From NCBI GenBank assembly GCA_016432285.1, contig CP066682.1, positions 528,428 through 592,427 of the forward strand: a stretch of DNA of 64,000 nt, in the 5' to 3' direction. The notes beneath the pieces are model-generated. The model saw only the letters and a program-made list of their open reading frames with translations. It was not told the origin of the DNA and did no database searches. A program made the translations under genes and the position numbers. The stretch comes from Candidatus Kaiserbacteria bacterium. Its GTDB lineage: Bacteria > Patescibacteriota > Minisyncoccia > Phycocordibacterales > UBA2100. Positions 17,887 through 26,616 of this stretch are shown here, piece after piece. How positions within the stretch are numbered: position 1 is the stretch's first letter; each line of letters opens with the position of its first letter.

Positions 17887-19800
17887 TTACTGCAAGATCG
17901 CCTTGATCCTGCGGATACCGGCGGCTACTGCCTCCTCTTTCTTGATTGTGAAGATCCCAGAGAGCTCGCTCGTGTTGTGGACGTGCGGCCCGCCGCAAAA
18001 TTCCATCGAGAACGCGTTTTCGAAATGCGGATTGTCCGCATTCGCGCCCGCGGGCCCGATCGAGTATACGGACACCATGTCGGGATACTTGGCGCCAAAC
18101 TCGCGCTCCGCGCCGAGCCCCTCCGCCCGCTCTTTTGCGATCGTGGAGTGCGTCACCGGTAGGGCTTCTCGGATCTTTTCGTTGACGATGCGCTCTACCT
18201 CAGCAAGCTGCTCTTTCGATACTTTCTCGCCATGCGAGAAGTCGATGCGGAGGCGCTCCTGCGTAATGTTGGATCCACGCTGCTTCACATGTGGGCCGAG
18301 TACAATCTGGAGCGCCTTCAAGAGCAGGTGGTGCGCGGTGTGGAGGCGTGTCGTCTTCTCGCTCGTATCCGCGAGACCTCCCTTGAATTTCTGCTCCAAT
18401 CCGGCACGCGAGACATTTTTGTGCCGCAGCATGCGCTCATTAAATGCGTGGCTGTCGACTGCAAGGCTGCGCTCTGCTGCCAATTCCTGAAGCATCTCGA
18501 AGGGAATGCCGTGCGTCGTAACGAGCTCAAAAACCGCGTCGGCCGAGAGCCCGTCCCGCGACGCTGCCTCGAAGGCCTTCATTCCCTCCACGAGCGTTCG
18601 GGCGAATTGCAGTTCCTCTTTGCGAATCTCATCGCGCACGAGCGCGGCGGGCAGCTCGCCCTCGAGCTCCGGATACGCGTGTTTGTATTTTTCGATGATC
18701 ATCGAGCTCGCGCGCACGAGCATGCTGTCTTCGGCATCTTTATCCTGCACACCGAGCTTGCCCGCATGGAAAGACGCGCGGCGAATCAGGCGCCGGAGCA
18801 CGTAGCCGCGCTCCACGTTGGTGGGCTTCACGCCGTCCGCGATCATGAAGGTGGCGGCGCGGACGTGGTCGGCGATGATGCGGAAGGATCTGGTGTGGCG
18901 GCTGTCGTTGTACGGCTTCTTCGAAAAATGTTCGAGGAGCTCGATGATCTCGACGAGCGCGTCAATCTGGAAGACGTCGGGGTTGTCTTGCGAGGCGGCG
19001 GCGATGCGCTCCAGTCCGCCGCCGAAATCGACGTTGGCCTTCGGCAGCTCCCCAAAGGTGCCGTCTTCTTTCTTGATGTACTGCATGAAAACGGAGTTGC
19101 CGATTTCCATGAAGCGTCCGCAGTCGCAGTTGGGGTGGCATTCGAGGCCAAATTTCGCGTCGTGCGGCGTGCCAAAATCGTAGAAGACTTCCGAATCCGG
19201 GCCGCCCGGCTCCCCTGCCGGCATTTTGTCGGGAGTACCGGCACGGCTCCACCAGTTTTTCTTGGCGTCGTAATAAAAGATGCGCCCCTCCCGCATCCCG
19301 AGCCGCGCCGCGTCCGTCTCGGAGCCCACCACGACATCCTTCGCCTCGATGCCCTTCAATGCGAAGAGCTGCTTCCATATCTCGGCCGATTCGGTGTCGC
19401 GGGGAATGCCGTTTTCTTCGTCGCCGATAAAGACCGTTACAAAGAGCTTTGCGGGATCCAGTCCGATTTCCTCTGTCAGGAATCCGAAGAACCACGGCAG
19501 CTGCTCCTTTTTGAAGTAGTCGCCGAGCGACCAGTTGCCGAGCATTTCAAAAAATGTGGTGTGCCGGTTGTCGCCCACCTCTTCGATGTCTTCCGCCCGA
19601 AAAGATTTTTGCGAATCGACGAGCCTCTGACCGGAAGGATGATCTTTGCCAAGGAGGTACGGAATCAGGGGCTGCATGCCGGAGCCGGTAAAGAGCGTCG
19701 TCGGGTCGTTCTGCGGCACGAGCGGCGCGGAAGGAATGAGCACGTGCCCGCGCTCACTGAAGTAGCGGAAGTAGGCTTCGCGAATGTCACTGATCTTCAT
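17887..19800 (-). CDS. alaS: Alanine--tRNA ligase, short form lacking the C-terminal C-Ala domain
   Basis: Class II aaRS catalytic core (FTGSGMQPLIPY, FFEMLGNWSLGDYFK) and editing-domain HxxxH / CGGPH motifs. ATG start at 19800 (MKISDIREAYFRYF). The Arg-rich upstream extension is judged spurious. Confidence 0.85.
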   Translation of the reverse strand: MKISDIREAYFRYFSERGHVLIPSAPLVPQNDPTTLFTGSGMQPLIPYLLGKDHPSGQRLVDSQKSFRAEDIEEVGDNRHTTFFEMLGNWSLGDYFKKEQLPWFFGFLTEEIGLDPAKLFVTVFIGDEENGIPRDTESAEIWKQLFALKGIEAKDVVVGSETDAARLGMREGRIFYYDAKKNWWSRAGTPDKMPAGEPGGPDSEVFYDFGTPHDAKFGLECHPNCDCGRFMEIGNSVFMQYIKKEDGTFGELPKANVDFGGGLERIAAASQDNPDVFQIDALVEIIELLEHFSKKPYNDSRHTRSFRIIADHVRAATFMIADGVKPTNVERGYVLRRLIRRASFHAGKLGVQDKDAEDSMLVRASSMIIEKYKHAYPELEGELPAALVRDEIRKEELQFARTLVEGMKAFEAASRDGLSADAVFELVTTHGIPFEMLQELAAERSLAVDSHAFNERMLRHKNVSRAGLEQKFKGGLADTSEKTTRLHTAHHLLLKALQIVLGPHVKQRGSNITQERLRIDFSHGEKVSKEQLAEVERIVNEKIREALPVTHSTIAKERAEGLGAEREFGAKYPDMVSVYSIGPAGANADNPHFENAFSMEFCGGPHVHNTSELSGIFTIKKEEAVAAGIRRIKAILQ

Positions 19801-19848
19801 TGGCCTAAAAATAGCGGTTTTTCGGCAAAAGAAAAGGCCTGAGACGCG

Positions 19849-20310
19849 ATGATTGCGCGCACGCAAAGGTCGTGGCACAGTCCATCGCGAGCGAATCAGA
19901 CGCGAAGGAGAACGCTCATGTTGCAAACTCGTTCAATTCCCGAGCCGCCGAAGCTGGAAGAGATGTGCATCCGGCTTCGTAAGTTCCTTGAATCCGCGGA
20001 CGTCGAGCCGCACAAGGCGTTGGAGACCGTCGAGAGCATCAAGCAATCCGTGCGCCCTAGCCCTACGGGCGAGCTTGCGAAGATGGGCTTGAAGCCGGAC
20101 ATGTTCCTCGATGGCTTGCGCAGCTACCATATCCCTCTCTTGTCGCGTATGACGGGAAAGCTGGCGCGGCCCTCGTATGTCTATTTCGAGATTGCGGTTC
20201 TCGTGGACGGTTGCGGCTGTTCGTACCGCTGGTGTGCCCAGAAGCTCGGTATTCCACTTGGAACCGTGCGCTCTCGCCTCCACCGCGCGCGAAAAGCCCT
20301 GAACGCCTAA
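19849..20310 (+). CDS. Small protein with a sigma-70 region-4-like HTH only
   Basis: C-terminus YFEIAVLVDGCGCSYRWCAQKLGIPLGTVRSRLHRARKALN matches the sigma70 region 4.2 HTH. No region 2 is recognisable. Start is ambiguous (19849 or 19918). Confidence 0.5.
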   Translation: MIARTQRSWHSPSRANQTRRRTLMLQTRSIPEPPKLEEMCIRLRKFLESADVEPHKALETVESIKQSVRPSPTGELAKMGLKPDMFLDGLRSYHIPLLSRMTGKLARPSYVYFEIAVLVDGCGCSYRWCAQKLGIPLGTVRSRLHRARKALNA

Positions 20311-20379
20311 AGCTCGCTCCTCGTGCCACAATCGGCACGGGGAGCGCTTTGTTTTGCACCGCTTCTGTCTTACTATGCC

Positions 20380-21654
20380 GCGATGCAGCACACGCTCCAC
20401 ACACTCAAAAACGGCCTCCGCATCGTGCTCCTCCCGATGCCGGGCAACGAGACCGCAACAGTGATGGTGATGACAGGCACCGGATCGCGCTACGAAAGCG
20501 AGCGTGAGAATGGCCTTGCCCACTTTCTCGAGCACATGTTTTTCAAGGGCACCAAAAAACGCCCGAGCGCCAAGGCGATCAGCGAGGAGCTCGATGGCGT
20601 GGGGGCCCTGTACAACGCCTTCACCGCAAAGGAGCGCACCGCGTATTTCGCGAAGGTCCGCAGCCAGTATCTCGACACGGCTCTCGATGTGATCAGCGAC
20701 ATCTTCCTCAACTCCGCCTTGCCCGCAAAAGAGATCACAAAGGAGCGCGGCGCCGTGATTCAGGAGATCGACATGTACGAAGACATGCCGATGCGGACGG
20801 TCGACAACGTGTTCGACGCACTCCTCTTCGGGCAAGAGCATCCGCTCGGCCGCACCATCCTCGGACCCAAGGAAAACATTCGCACCTTCGAGCGCGCCGA
20901 CTTCGCGGCATACTTGAAGCGCAACTACACCCCGCACAACACCGTGGTTTGCGTCGCCGGCTTGTTCAACGAAAAGAAGGTGCTCGCGAAAATACAGAAA
21001 GATTTCGGCAAGCTTCCCGAAGGTGCACCGCCGACGTTCGCCACATTTGCATCGACGCAAACCGCAGCCCGCATGTCGGTGCGGGAAAAGAAGACTGACC
21101 AGACACATTTCATTCTCGGCGTGCCCGCCTACCCGTATCTCCACAAGGACGAATTCGCGCTCGCCGTGCTCGCCACCATTCTCGGCTCCGGTATGTCGAG
21201 CCGCCTTTTTCTCGAAGTGCGCGAGAAGCGCGGGCTCGCCTACTCGGTGCACGCGTGGATCGAGCGCTATCCCGACACCGGATACCTCGCCGTGCAGGCG
21301 GGGGTGGAGCACGGGAAGCTCGAAAAAACCATCGAGACAATTCTCGCAGAGTTCAAAAAAATAAAACATACAAAAGTATCAAAGGCGGAGCTGGAGAAGG
21401 CCAAAGCGTTCATCAAGGGCACCATGACGCTCTCACTCGAGACGAGCGACGAGCTCGCAGGCCACGCCGCGTCGACGCTGATCAACATCGGCCGTGTCCG
21501 CCCGCTCGACGAGATTCTTGCGGGTATCTCATCGGTAACCGCATCCGACGTGCAGCGCGTGGCAAAAGACGTGCTCCGCTCGGAGAAGCTCAATCTCGCC
21601 GTCATCGGCCCGCATCCTGAAAAAGAAAAATTCCTTTCCCTACTACATCTCTAA
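20380..21654 (+). CDS. M16 (pitrilysin/insulinase) family zinc peptidase
   Basis: HFLEHMFFKGT (HxxEH inverted zincin motif) plus downstream E residues. Start at MQHTLHTLKNGLRIV. Confidence 0.8.
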   Translation, partial: AMQHTLHTLKNGLRIVLLPMPGNETATVMVMTGTGSRYESERENGLAHFLEHMFFKGTKKRPSAKAISEELDGVGALYNAFTAKERTAYFAKVRSQYLDTALDVISDIFLNSALPAKEITKERGAVIQEIDMYEDMPMRTVDNVFDALLFGQEHPLGRTILGPKENIRTFERADFAAYLKRNYTPHNTVVCVAGLFNEKKVLAKIQKDFGKLPEGAPPTFATFASTQTAARMSVREKKTDQTHFILGVPAYPYLHKDEFALAVLATILGSGMSSRLFLEVREKRGLAYSVHAWIERYPDTGYLAVQAGVEHGKLEKTIETILAEFKKIKHTKVSKAELEKAKAFIKGTMTLSLETSDELAGHAASTLINIGRVRPLDEILAGISSVTASDVQRVAKDVLRSEKLNLAVIGPHPEKEKFLSLLHL

Positions 21655-21692
21655 GCATTCTAGTTTTTTGCGAATAACCGCAATAAGCAACC

Positions 21693-22313
21693 ATGGAAGC
21701 ACTATTTTTTATCGGCTCGATTTTGGGAATACATATATTTGGATGGCTTTTCGCACCGGGGCCGATGACGGTACTCATCATGCGCAACTCGCTCATGTAT
21801 TCTCGGAAAGCGGGCATATGGACTGCGCTTGGAATAGCCCTCGGCAACTTTGTCCACATCACCTACTCGGTCGCAGCCATAGTGCTCATAGTATCGCTCG
21901 CTGAACCAATGCTCACTGTCGTCAGATATCTGGGAGTCGCGTACATCGCATACCTCGGCGTAAAAACAATTCTTGCCAAATCTAATGGCCAATCGAATGA
22001 CGCAGCAATCAAAAATGGAATTTCTGCGTTTGCCGCATTTCGAACGGGATTTCTTGCCAACCTTTTGAACCCCGGTGCGTCACTTTTCTTCGCAAGCATT
22101 TTCGCCACTGTCCTATCGTCCGGCTTTCCAGTCTGGGTTCTCTACACGCTCTGGATTGCAATGCCGCTCAATTCACTTTTCATGGCCTCCTTCCTCTCCG
22201 TTTTCTTCTCTCACGCAAAGATCAAGGCCCTTTACGCAAGATACGAGCGATTCGCCAACATAATTCTCGGCGGGGCACTTCTTCTGCTCGCCGTCTTAAT
22301 CGCTCTGAAATAG
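21693..22313 (+). CDS. LysE/RhtB family amino-acid exporter
   Basis: About 6 TM helices in a 206-aa membrane protein. N-terminal PGPMTVLIM motif region is typical of LysE-type translocators. Confidence 0.7.
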   Translation: MEALFFIGSILGIHIFGWLFAPGPMTVLIMRNSLMYSRKAGIWTALGIALGNFVHITYSVAAIVLIVSLAEPMLTVVRYLGVAYIAYLGVKTILAKSNGQSNDAAIKNGISAFAAFRTGFLANLLNPGASLFFASIFATVLSSGFPVWVLYTLWIAMPLNSLFMASFLSVFFSHAKIKALYARYERFANIILGGALLLLAVLIALK

Positions 22314-22384
22314 CCGACCGGCTAGATGGTTTTGAGATTCGAGATCCTATTTAGGGTTTCGACGGGACGGGTGGCTGTCACGCG

Positions 22385-23062
22385 TTATAGCCAATCGATT
22401 GGTTTCTTGTCTTTGGCAACAAGATACTCGTTGGCGCGGCTGAAGGGCTTGGAGCCGAAGAATCCGCTCGCAGCCGAGAAGGGCGATGGGTGCGCCGATT
22501 CGATCACGCAGTGTTTCGAGCGGTCGATGTGCGCGCCTTTTGCCTTGGCGTAGTTGCCCCAGAGAATAAACACCAGTCCTTCGCGCTCGTCGGAGAGCTT
22601 TCGGATCACGGCGTCGGTAAATTCCTCCCAGCCCTTCCCTTGGTGCGAGCCGGCTTGCCGTGCGCGCACGGTAAGCGTGGCGTTGAGCAGGAGCACTCCC
22701 TGCGTGGCCCAGCGCTCCAAATCGCCGCTACGATTTTTCAGAGGTTCTCCAAGGTCGCTCGCGATTTCTTTAAAGATATTTTGAAGCGATGGAGGAAGCG
22801 CGACATCTTTGCCGACAGCAAAGCAGAGTCCGTTGGCTTGATTCGGACCGTGATACGGATCCTGGCCGAGGATGACGACTTCTACTTTGTCGAACGGACA
22901 GAGGTCGAGCGCACGAAAGATGTGTTTCGGAGGCGGGTACACGATTGCGTGCTGGTACTCCCCTTTCACGAACTCCGTCAGTTTTTGAAAATACTCCTTC
23001 CCAAACTCTTCCTGAAGCACCGCCTTCCACGAAGGCTCGATCTTGATGCGATCCTCGCTCAT
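22385..23062 (-). CDS. ung: Uracil-DNA glycosylase (family 1)
   Basis: VVILGQDPYHGPNQANGLCFAV, LLLNATLTVRARQAGSH, ESAHPSP. Start at ATG 23062, overlapping the upstream stop (ATGA). Confidence 0.85.
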   Translation of the reverse strand: MSEDRIKIEPSWKAVLQEEFGKEYFQKLTEFVKGEYQHAIVYPPPKHIFRALDLCPFDKVEVVILGQDPYHGPNQANGLCFAVGKDVALPPSLQNIFKEIASDLGEPLKNRSGDLERWATQGVLLLNATLTVRARQAGSHQGKGWEEFTDAVIRKLSDEREGLVFILWGNYAKAKGAHIDRSKHCVIESAHPSPFSAASGFFGSKPFSRANEYLVAKDKKPIDWL

Positions 23063-24096
23063 GCGTGCGGATCGGGGTTTTCGAGATAAATCTGCGCGAT
23101 TCCCTCCAGCACCTCCGCCGACAAAGTGATGTCGCCCGCGATGATGTTGGTCTTCAACTGGTCGAGCGAGGTAGCGCCGATAATCGTAGAGGAGACAAAC
23201 GGGCGCGACACGACGAAGGCGATCGAGAGCTCGGCAGGGTCGAGCCCGTGATCTTTCGCGAGCGCCACGTATTTCGCGATGGTCTTCTGGCTGTGCGGAG
23301 CGTTGTATCGCTGCGAGCTCCGATTCCAGAGGGTGAAGCGCGCTCCCGGCGGTCTTGCGCCGTCCAGATATTTCCCCGTGAGCGAGCCGAACGAGAGAGG
23401 CGAATACGCGAGGAGAGCGATCTCTTCCTTGAGGCACATCTCCGAGAGACCGATCTCAAAGGTGCGGTTGAGGAGCGAGTACTGATTTTGAATGGAAACG
23501 ATCCGCGGCAGACTTTTCTCCTTCGCGAGCCGCACATATTCCATAACGCCCCACGGCGTTTCGTTGGAGACCCCGATGTATCGCGCCTTCCCGCTTTGCA
23601 CCACTTCCGCAAGCGCCTCAAGCGTCTCCTCAATCGGCACGCCCTCCCGCTCAATCTGCTCGTATCCGCGAATACCGAAATAGTTGGTCGCGCGATCCGG
23701 CCAGTGCACCTGGTAGATGTCGACGTAATCGGTGTGGAGGCGCTCCAGCGTGCCATCGATCGCGGCGAGAATATTTTTTCGATCGAGCCGCGTCGGAGTG
23801 GCGCGGTACCGCAGCGGCGCTTCCGGCCCCGCGACCTTGCTCGCGATCACAAGATCCTTGCGTTTGCCGCGCCTCTGAAGCCACGAGCCGATAAAAGATT
23901 CAGTGTCTCCTTGCTTTTCTTTGACAGGTGGGACGGGATAGATCTCGGCAGTATCGATGAAGTTGATCCCCTGTGAAATGGCGTAGTCGAGCTGCTCATG
24001 CCCCTCAGCTTCGGTGTTCTGTTGGCCCCAGTTCATGGATCCGAGGCAGACGGCCGAGACTTTGAGATCGGTACGCGGAAGCGCTGTATATCGCAT
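23059..24096 (-). CDS. Aldo/keto reductase family oxidoreductase
   Basis: AKR motifs (FIDTAEIY, LDYVDIYQVHWPD, IGVSNE). Confidence 0.85.
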   Translation of the reverse strand: MRYTALPRTDLKVSAVCLGSMNWGQQNTEAEGHEQLDYAISQGINFIDTAEIYPVPPVKEKQGDTESFIGSWLQRRGKRKDLVIASKVAGPEAPLRYRATPTRLDRKNILAAIDGTLERLHTDYVDIYQVHWPDRATNYFGIRGYEQIEREGVPIEETLEALAEVVQSGKARYIGVSNETPWGVMEYVRLAKEKSLPRIVSIQNQYSLLNRTFEIGLSEMCLKEEIALLAYSPLSFGSLTGKYLDGARPPGARFTLWNRSSQRYNAPHSQKTIAKYVALAKDHGLDPAELSIAFVVSRPFVSSTIIGATSLDQLKTNIIAGDITLSAEVLEGIAQIYLENPDPHA

Positions 24097-24188
24097 CGGC
24101 CGATTGTATCAAACTTGACCCACACCCCGCATGTACCGCATAGTTCTCGCGGAATTAATTTTGTGTTCTCCACAGAAGGAACGAGCCG

Positions 24189-24491
24189 ATGCAAGCCGAA
24201 AAGCCTGATTTCGAGGAATTTCACGGAGCGATGGCCGACGCGCTCGCCGAGCTTTTCGATGATGACGAGAGCTTCGACATGTCGATCATCGAGCGAATGA
24301 AGAAGGAGGGCGCCGATTTCGACTTCGCGTCGAGCGGCATCGACTCTCTCGACTTGCTCGACGTTCTCTACGTTCTCGACAAGCGTCTCCATGTGCATGT
24401 CAGCTTCGAGAACATTGCGCTGCAGAGCGACGGGAAGGTAACGATGGGCGCCCTGCACGCTCACACCCGCTATCGCCCTATCGTGCGATAG
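24189..24491 (+). CDS. Acyl-carrier-protein-like (phosphopantetheine-binding) small protein
   Basis: GIDSLDLLDVL resembles the PP-binding site (DSL). Acidic 100-aa protein. Followed by a hairpin terminator. Confidence 0.45.
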   Translation: MQAEKPDFEEFHGAMADALAELFDDDESFDMSIIERMKKEGADFDFASSGIDSLDLLDVLYVLDKRLHVHVSFENIALQSDGKVTMGALHAHTRYRPIVR

Positions 24492-24534
24492 CGCGATCAA
24501 CAATCCGGCCTCCGCGCGTGCGGGGGTCGTTTCT

Positions 24535-24789
24535 TTAGAGCGCGCCCTCGAAGCTCAAGATCTCGCGCTTGCGGAGCGTGCCGCCTCTGTTGTAGCCGCC
24601 CATTCCCCCATCGGTGCGAACGACGCGGTGGCACGGAATGCTCTCATCGTAGTTGGTGCGCATGATCGCGCCCACGGCGCGCGCGGCGCGCAAATTGCCC
24701 GCGCGGGCGGCCACCTCCTTGTACGTCATTGTCTTTCCCTCGGGAATGCGCCGCACGATGTCTCGCACTTTGTCTGCAAAACTTTTCAT
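24535..24789 (-). CDS. Standalone methylated-DNA-protein-cysteine methyltransferase DNA-binding/active-site domain (MGMT C-terminal-domain-like, 84 aa)
   Basis: PCHRVV active-site motif with a retained Cys, in the HTH context ...AVGAIMRTNYDESIPCHRVVRTDGGMGGY. Start ATG 24789 overlaps the upstream gene stop. Confidence 0.65.
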   Translation of the reverse strand: MKSFADKVRDIVRRIPEGKTMTYKEVAARAGNLRAARAVGAIMRTNYDESIPCHRVVRTDGGMGGYNRGGTLRKREILSFEGAL

Positions 24790-25598
24790 ATTTTGAGTTT
24801 GGCAGTTGTGCCCGCCGGATTCGGTGAAGCTCCTTTTTTGGCGAGCGCCTGGAGCTTCTTGCCGGCTGCCTCCCGGTAACGGCAGTAGTCGCATTCAGCC
24901 GATGGAGCAGGGATCTCCTCCGAATCGAGACACGCCTTGATCTCCTTCAGCGTGCCGTCGATCCACGAGTCGTCGCCTTCGTGCGGTACGAGCGTGATCT
25001 CAAACTTCAGTACGCCGTCGAAGGCCTTTTCGTCGCGCGAGGCGTTACAGTACACGAAATAGCCCGTGTCCGACACGTCGAAATCGTTTTTTCGCAACAG
25101 CCATTGGTAGACCTCCATCTGTCGCTTGTAGCCATCGTGCCAATCCTCGTCGAGCGCTTCGATCTTTTTGTCTTTGCTCGTCGCCTTGTAGTCGACGACG
25201 ATCAGCTTGCCGTCTTTTCCCTTCCACACGTCGTCGACGCCGCCCCGCACCAAAAGGCCCGTCTCCTTGTGCCGGTGCTGCACGCCGCGTTTCAGCGCGT
25301 CGCGCCACGCGTCCATCTCCGGGTGATCAAAAGGCACGGCGTCGACGCCATATTGCTGCATGAGGGGATGCGGAGTCTGGGTGCTGCGGTGGCCATCGAA
25401 TTCTTTTTTGAGAAGCGCGTCGACCGCTGAGTTGAGGTTGAAGGGAAAACCGGGCGGCCGCGGTGTGCCGAGCTTGTTGTCGACATAAAAGCAGCGCGGG
25501 CACTCCGTAAAGAGATCGATTTTGGAGCGCGAGAGCGTCCAGTGATTGCCACCGTAGTTCCAATTGGGATTTCGATCGGGTTTGTAGTAGTCGCTCAT
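24786..25598 (-). CDS. Cas4-like / RecB-family PD-(D/E)XK nuclease with predicted Cys4 Fe-S ligands (not CRISPR-associated here)
   Basis: N-terminal CPRCFY (Cas4-like C-P-R...Y). LIVVDYKATSK (D...(D/E)xK core). C-terminal ECDYCRYR. Start at MSDYYKPDR. Confidence 0.6.
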   Translation of the reverse strand: MSDYYKPDRNPNWNYGGNHWTLSRSKIDLFTECPRCFYVDNKLGTPRPPGFPFNLNSAVDALLKKEFDGHRSTQTPHPLMQQYGVDAVPFDHPEMDAWRDALKRGVQHRHKETGLLVRGGVDDVWKGKDGKLIVVDYKATSKDKKIEALDEDWHDGYKRQMEVYQWLLRKNDFDVSDTGYFVYCNASRDEKAFDGVLKFEITLVPHEGDDSWIDGTLKEIKACLDSEEIPAPSAECDYCRYREAAGKKLQALAKKGASPNPAGTTAKLKI

Positions 25599-25669
25599 CC
25601 GCAGAGTATACCACCAGAAAAAAATCGCTCGCGCGGCGAGCGATTTTGATTTTCCCCGGTCGCGCCGGA

Positions 25670-26026
25670 TCAGTTCTTTTGCAAGTAGCACCGCGCAGGG
25701 TCGCCATTGCGCTTCTGCGAGCAGAAGCCGTTGATGGTTTTCGGCTGAGCGGGGTGCAACGCGTAGTTCACGACGTTGACGATCGAGTCTTCGTCGGAGA
25801 CGTAATACACGCGATCCGCACACTTCGCCACCAGAACGACCGAGCTACCGACCTTTTTCGCGCCATGAAACTCGCACGAGATCCCGGTGGCGACGATTTC
25901 GCTCCGGTTTTCGAGGTATTTCTTTGCGAAGAAATTAGCCCCGAGCGAAAAGACGATAACGCCGCCAAGGATCCACAGTCCCAGATCGCACGACTCGCGC
26001 GCGTAGGCAGTTGACGAGTTCTTCAT
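25670..26026 (-). CDS. Small hypothetical exported/membrane protein
   Basis: N-terminal TM helix (LGLWILGGVIVFSLGANFF), 118 aa. Confidence 0.35.
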   Translation of the reverse strand: MKNSSTAYARESCDLGLWILGGVIVFSLGANFFAKKYLENRSEIVATGISCEFHGAKKVGSSVVLVAKCADRVYYVSDEDSIVNVVNYALHPAQPKTINGFCSQKRNGDPARCYLQKN

Positions 26027-26100
26027 CGAAACCTCCCTGATGAATGCAGCGAGGATTAGCCGCATTCCGCGGTATCTGTACCACGCGCAAAGTTGCGTGT

Positions 26101-26601
26101 CTACGCCGTGTGATTTGGCGGCGCGGGTTGCTGACTCTGCTCCACAAACCAGTGCTTGAAGCGCTGCTCCACGTACCACATGCCGGTAAACATGAGGAGC
26201 GTGAGGAGCGTGGCGAAGACGGCGACAGCCACGAGGCCGTACCCGACGGCCATGCCGACGCCTGTCGCGATCCAGAGCCCCGCGGCCGTGGTAGCACCAT
26301 GCACCGAATCCTTGCGAAAGATAATGAGCCCGCCCGCCAGAAAGCCGATGCCCATGATGACCGCCGCAGCTACGCGAAGCGGATCGAAATTTAAAAGGCC
26401 AATGTACGCCGCATCAACGGCGCTGGAGGTAACCACAAAAAGGCAGGCACCGAGCGAGGCAAGGCCGAAGGTGCGCGTGCCGGCCGATTGCCGCGCCACG
26501 ACGGCCCGCTCCGTGCCGATGAGGCCACCGAGCAGCATTGCCAAAAAAAGTTTGCCGAAGACGACGATGGTCGGATCCGCGAAGGGCACGCTTTCGAGCA
26601 T
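26101..26601 (-). CDS. MgtC/SapB family membrane protein
   Basis: N-terminal LLGGLIGTERA... motif and hydrophobic core typical of MgtC. Confidence 0.7.
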   Translation of the reverse strand: MLESVPFADPTIVVFGKLFLAMLLGGLIGTERAVVARQSAGTRTFGLASLGACLFVVTSSAVDAAYIGLLNFDPLRVAAAVIMGIGFLAGGLIIFRKDSVHGATTAAGLWIATGVGMAVGYGLVAVAVFATLLTLLMFTGMWYVEQRFKHWFVEQSQQPAPPNHTA

Positions 26602-26616
26602 AGGTGCAGTATATCC

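Noticed and set aside
19801-19926. 42-aa N-terminal extension of the alaS ORF.
   Set aside because: Arg-rich, with no similarity to the AlaRS N-terminus. The conserved core begins at the internal ATG (MKISDIREAYFRYF).
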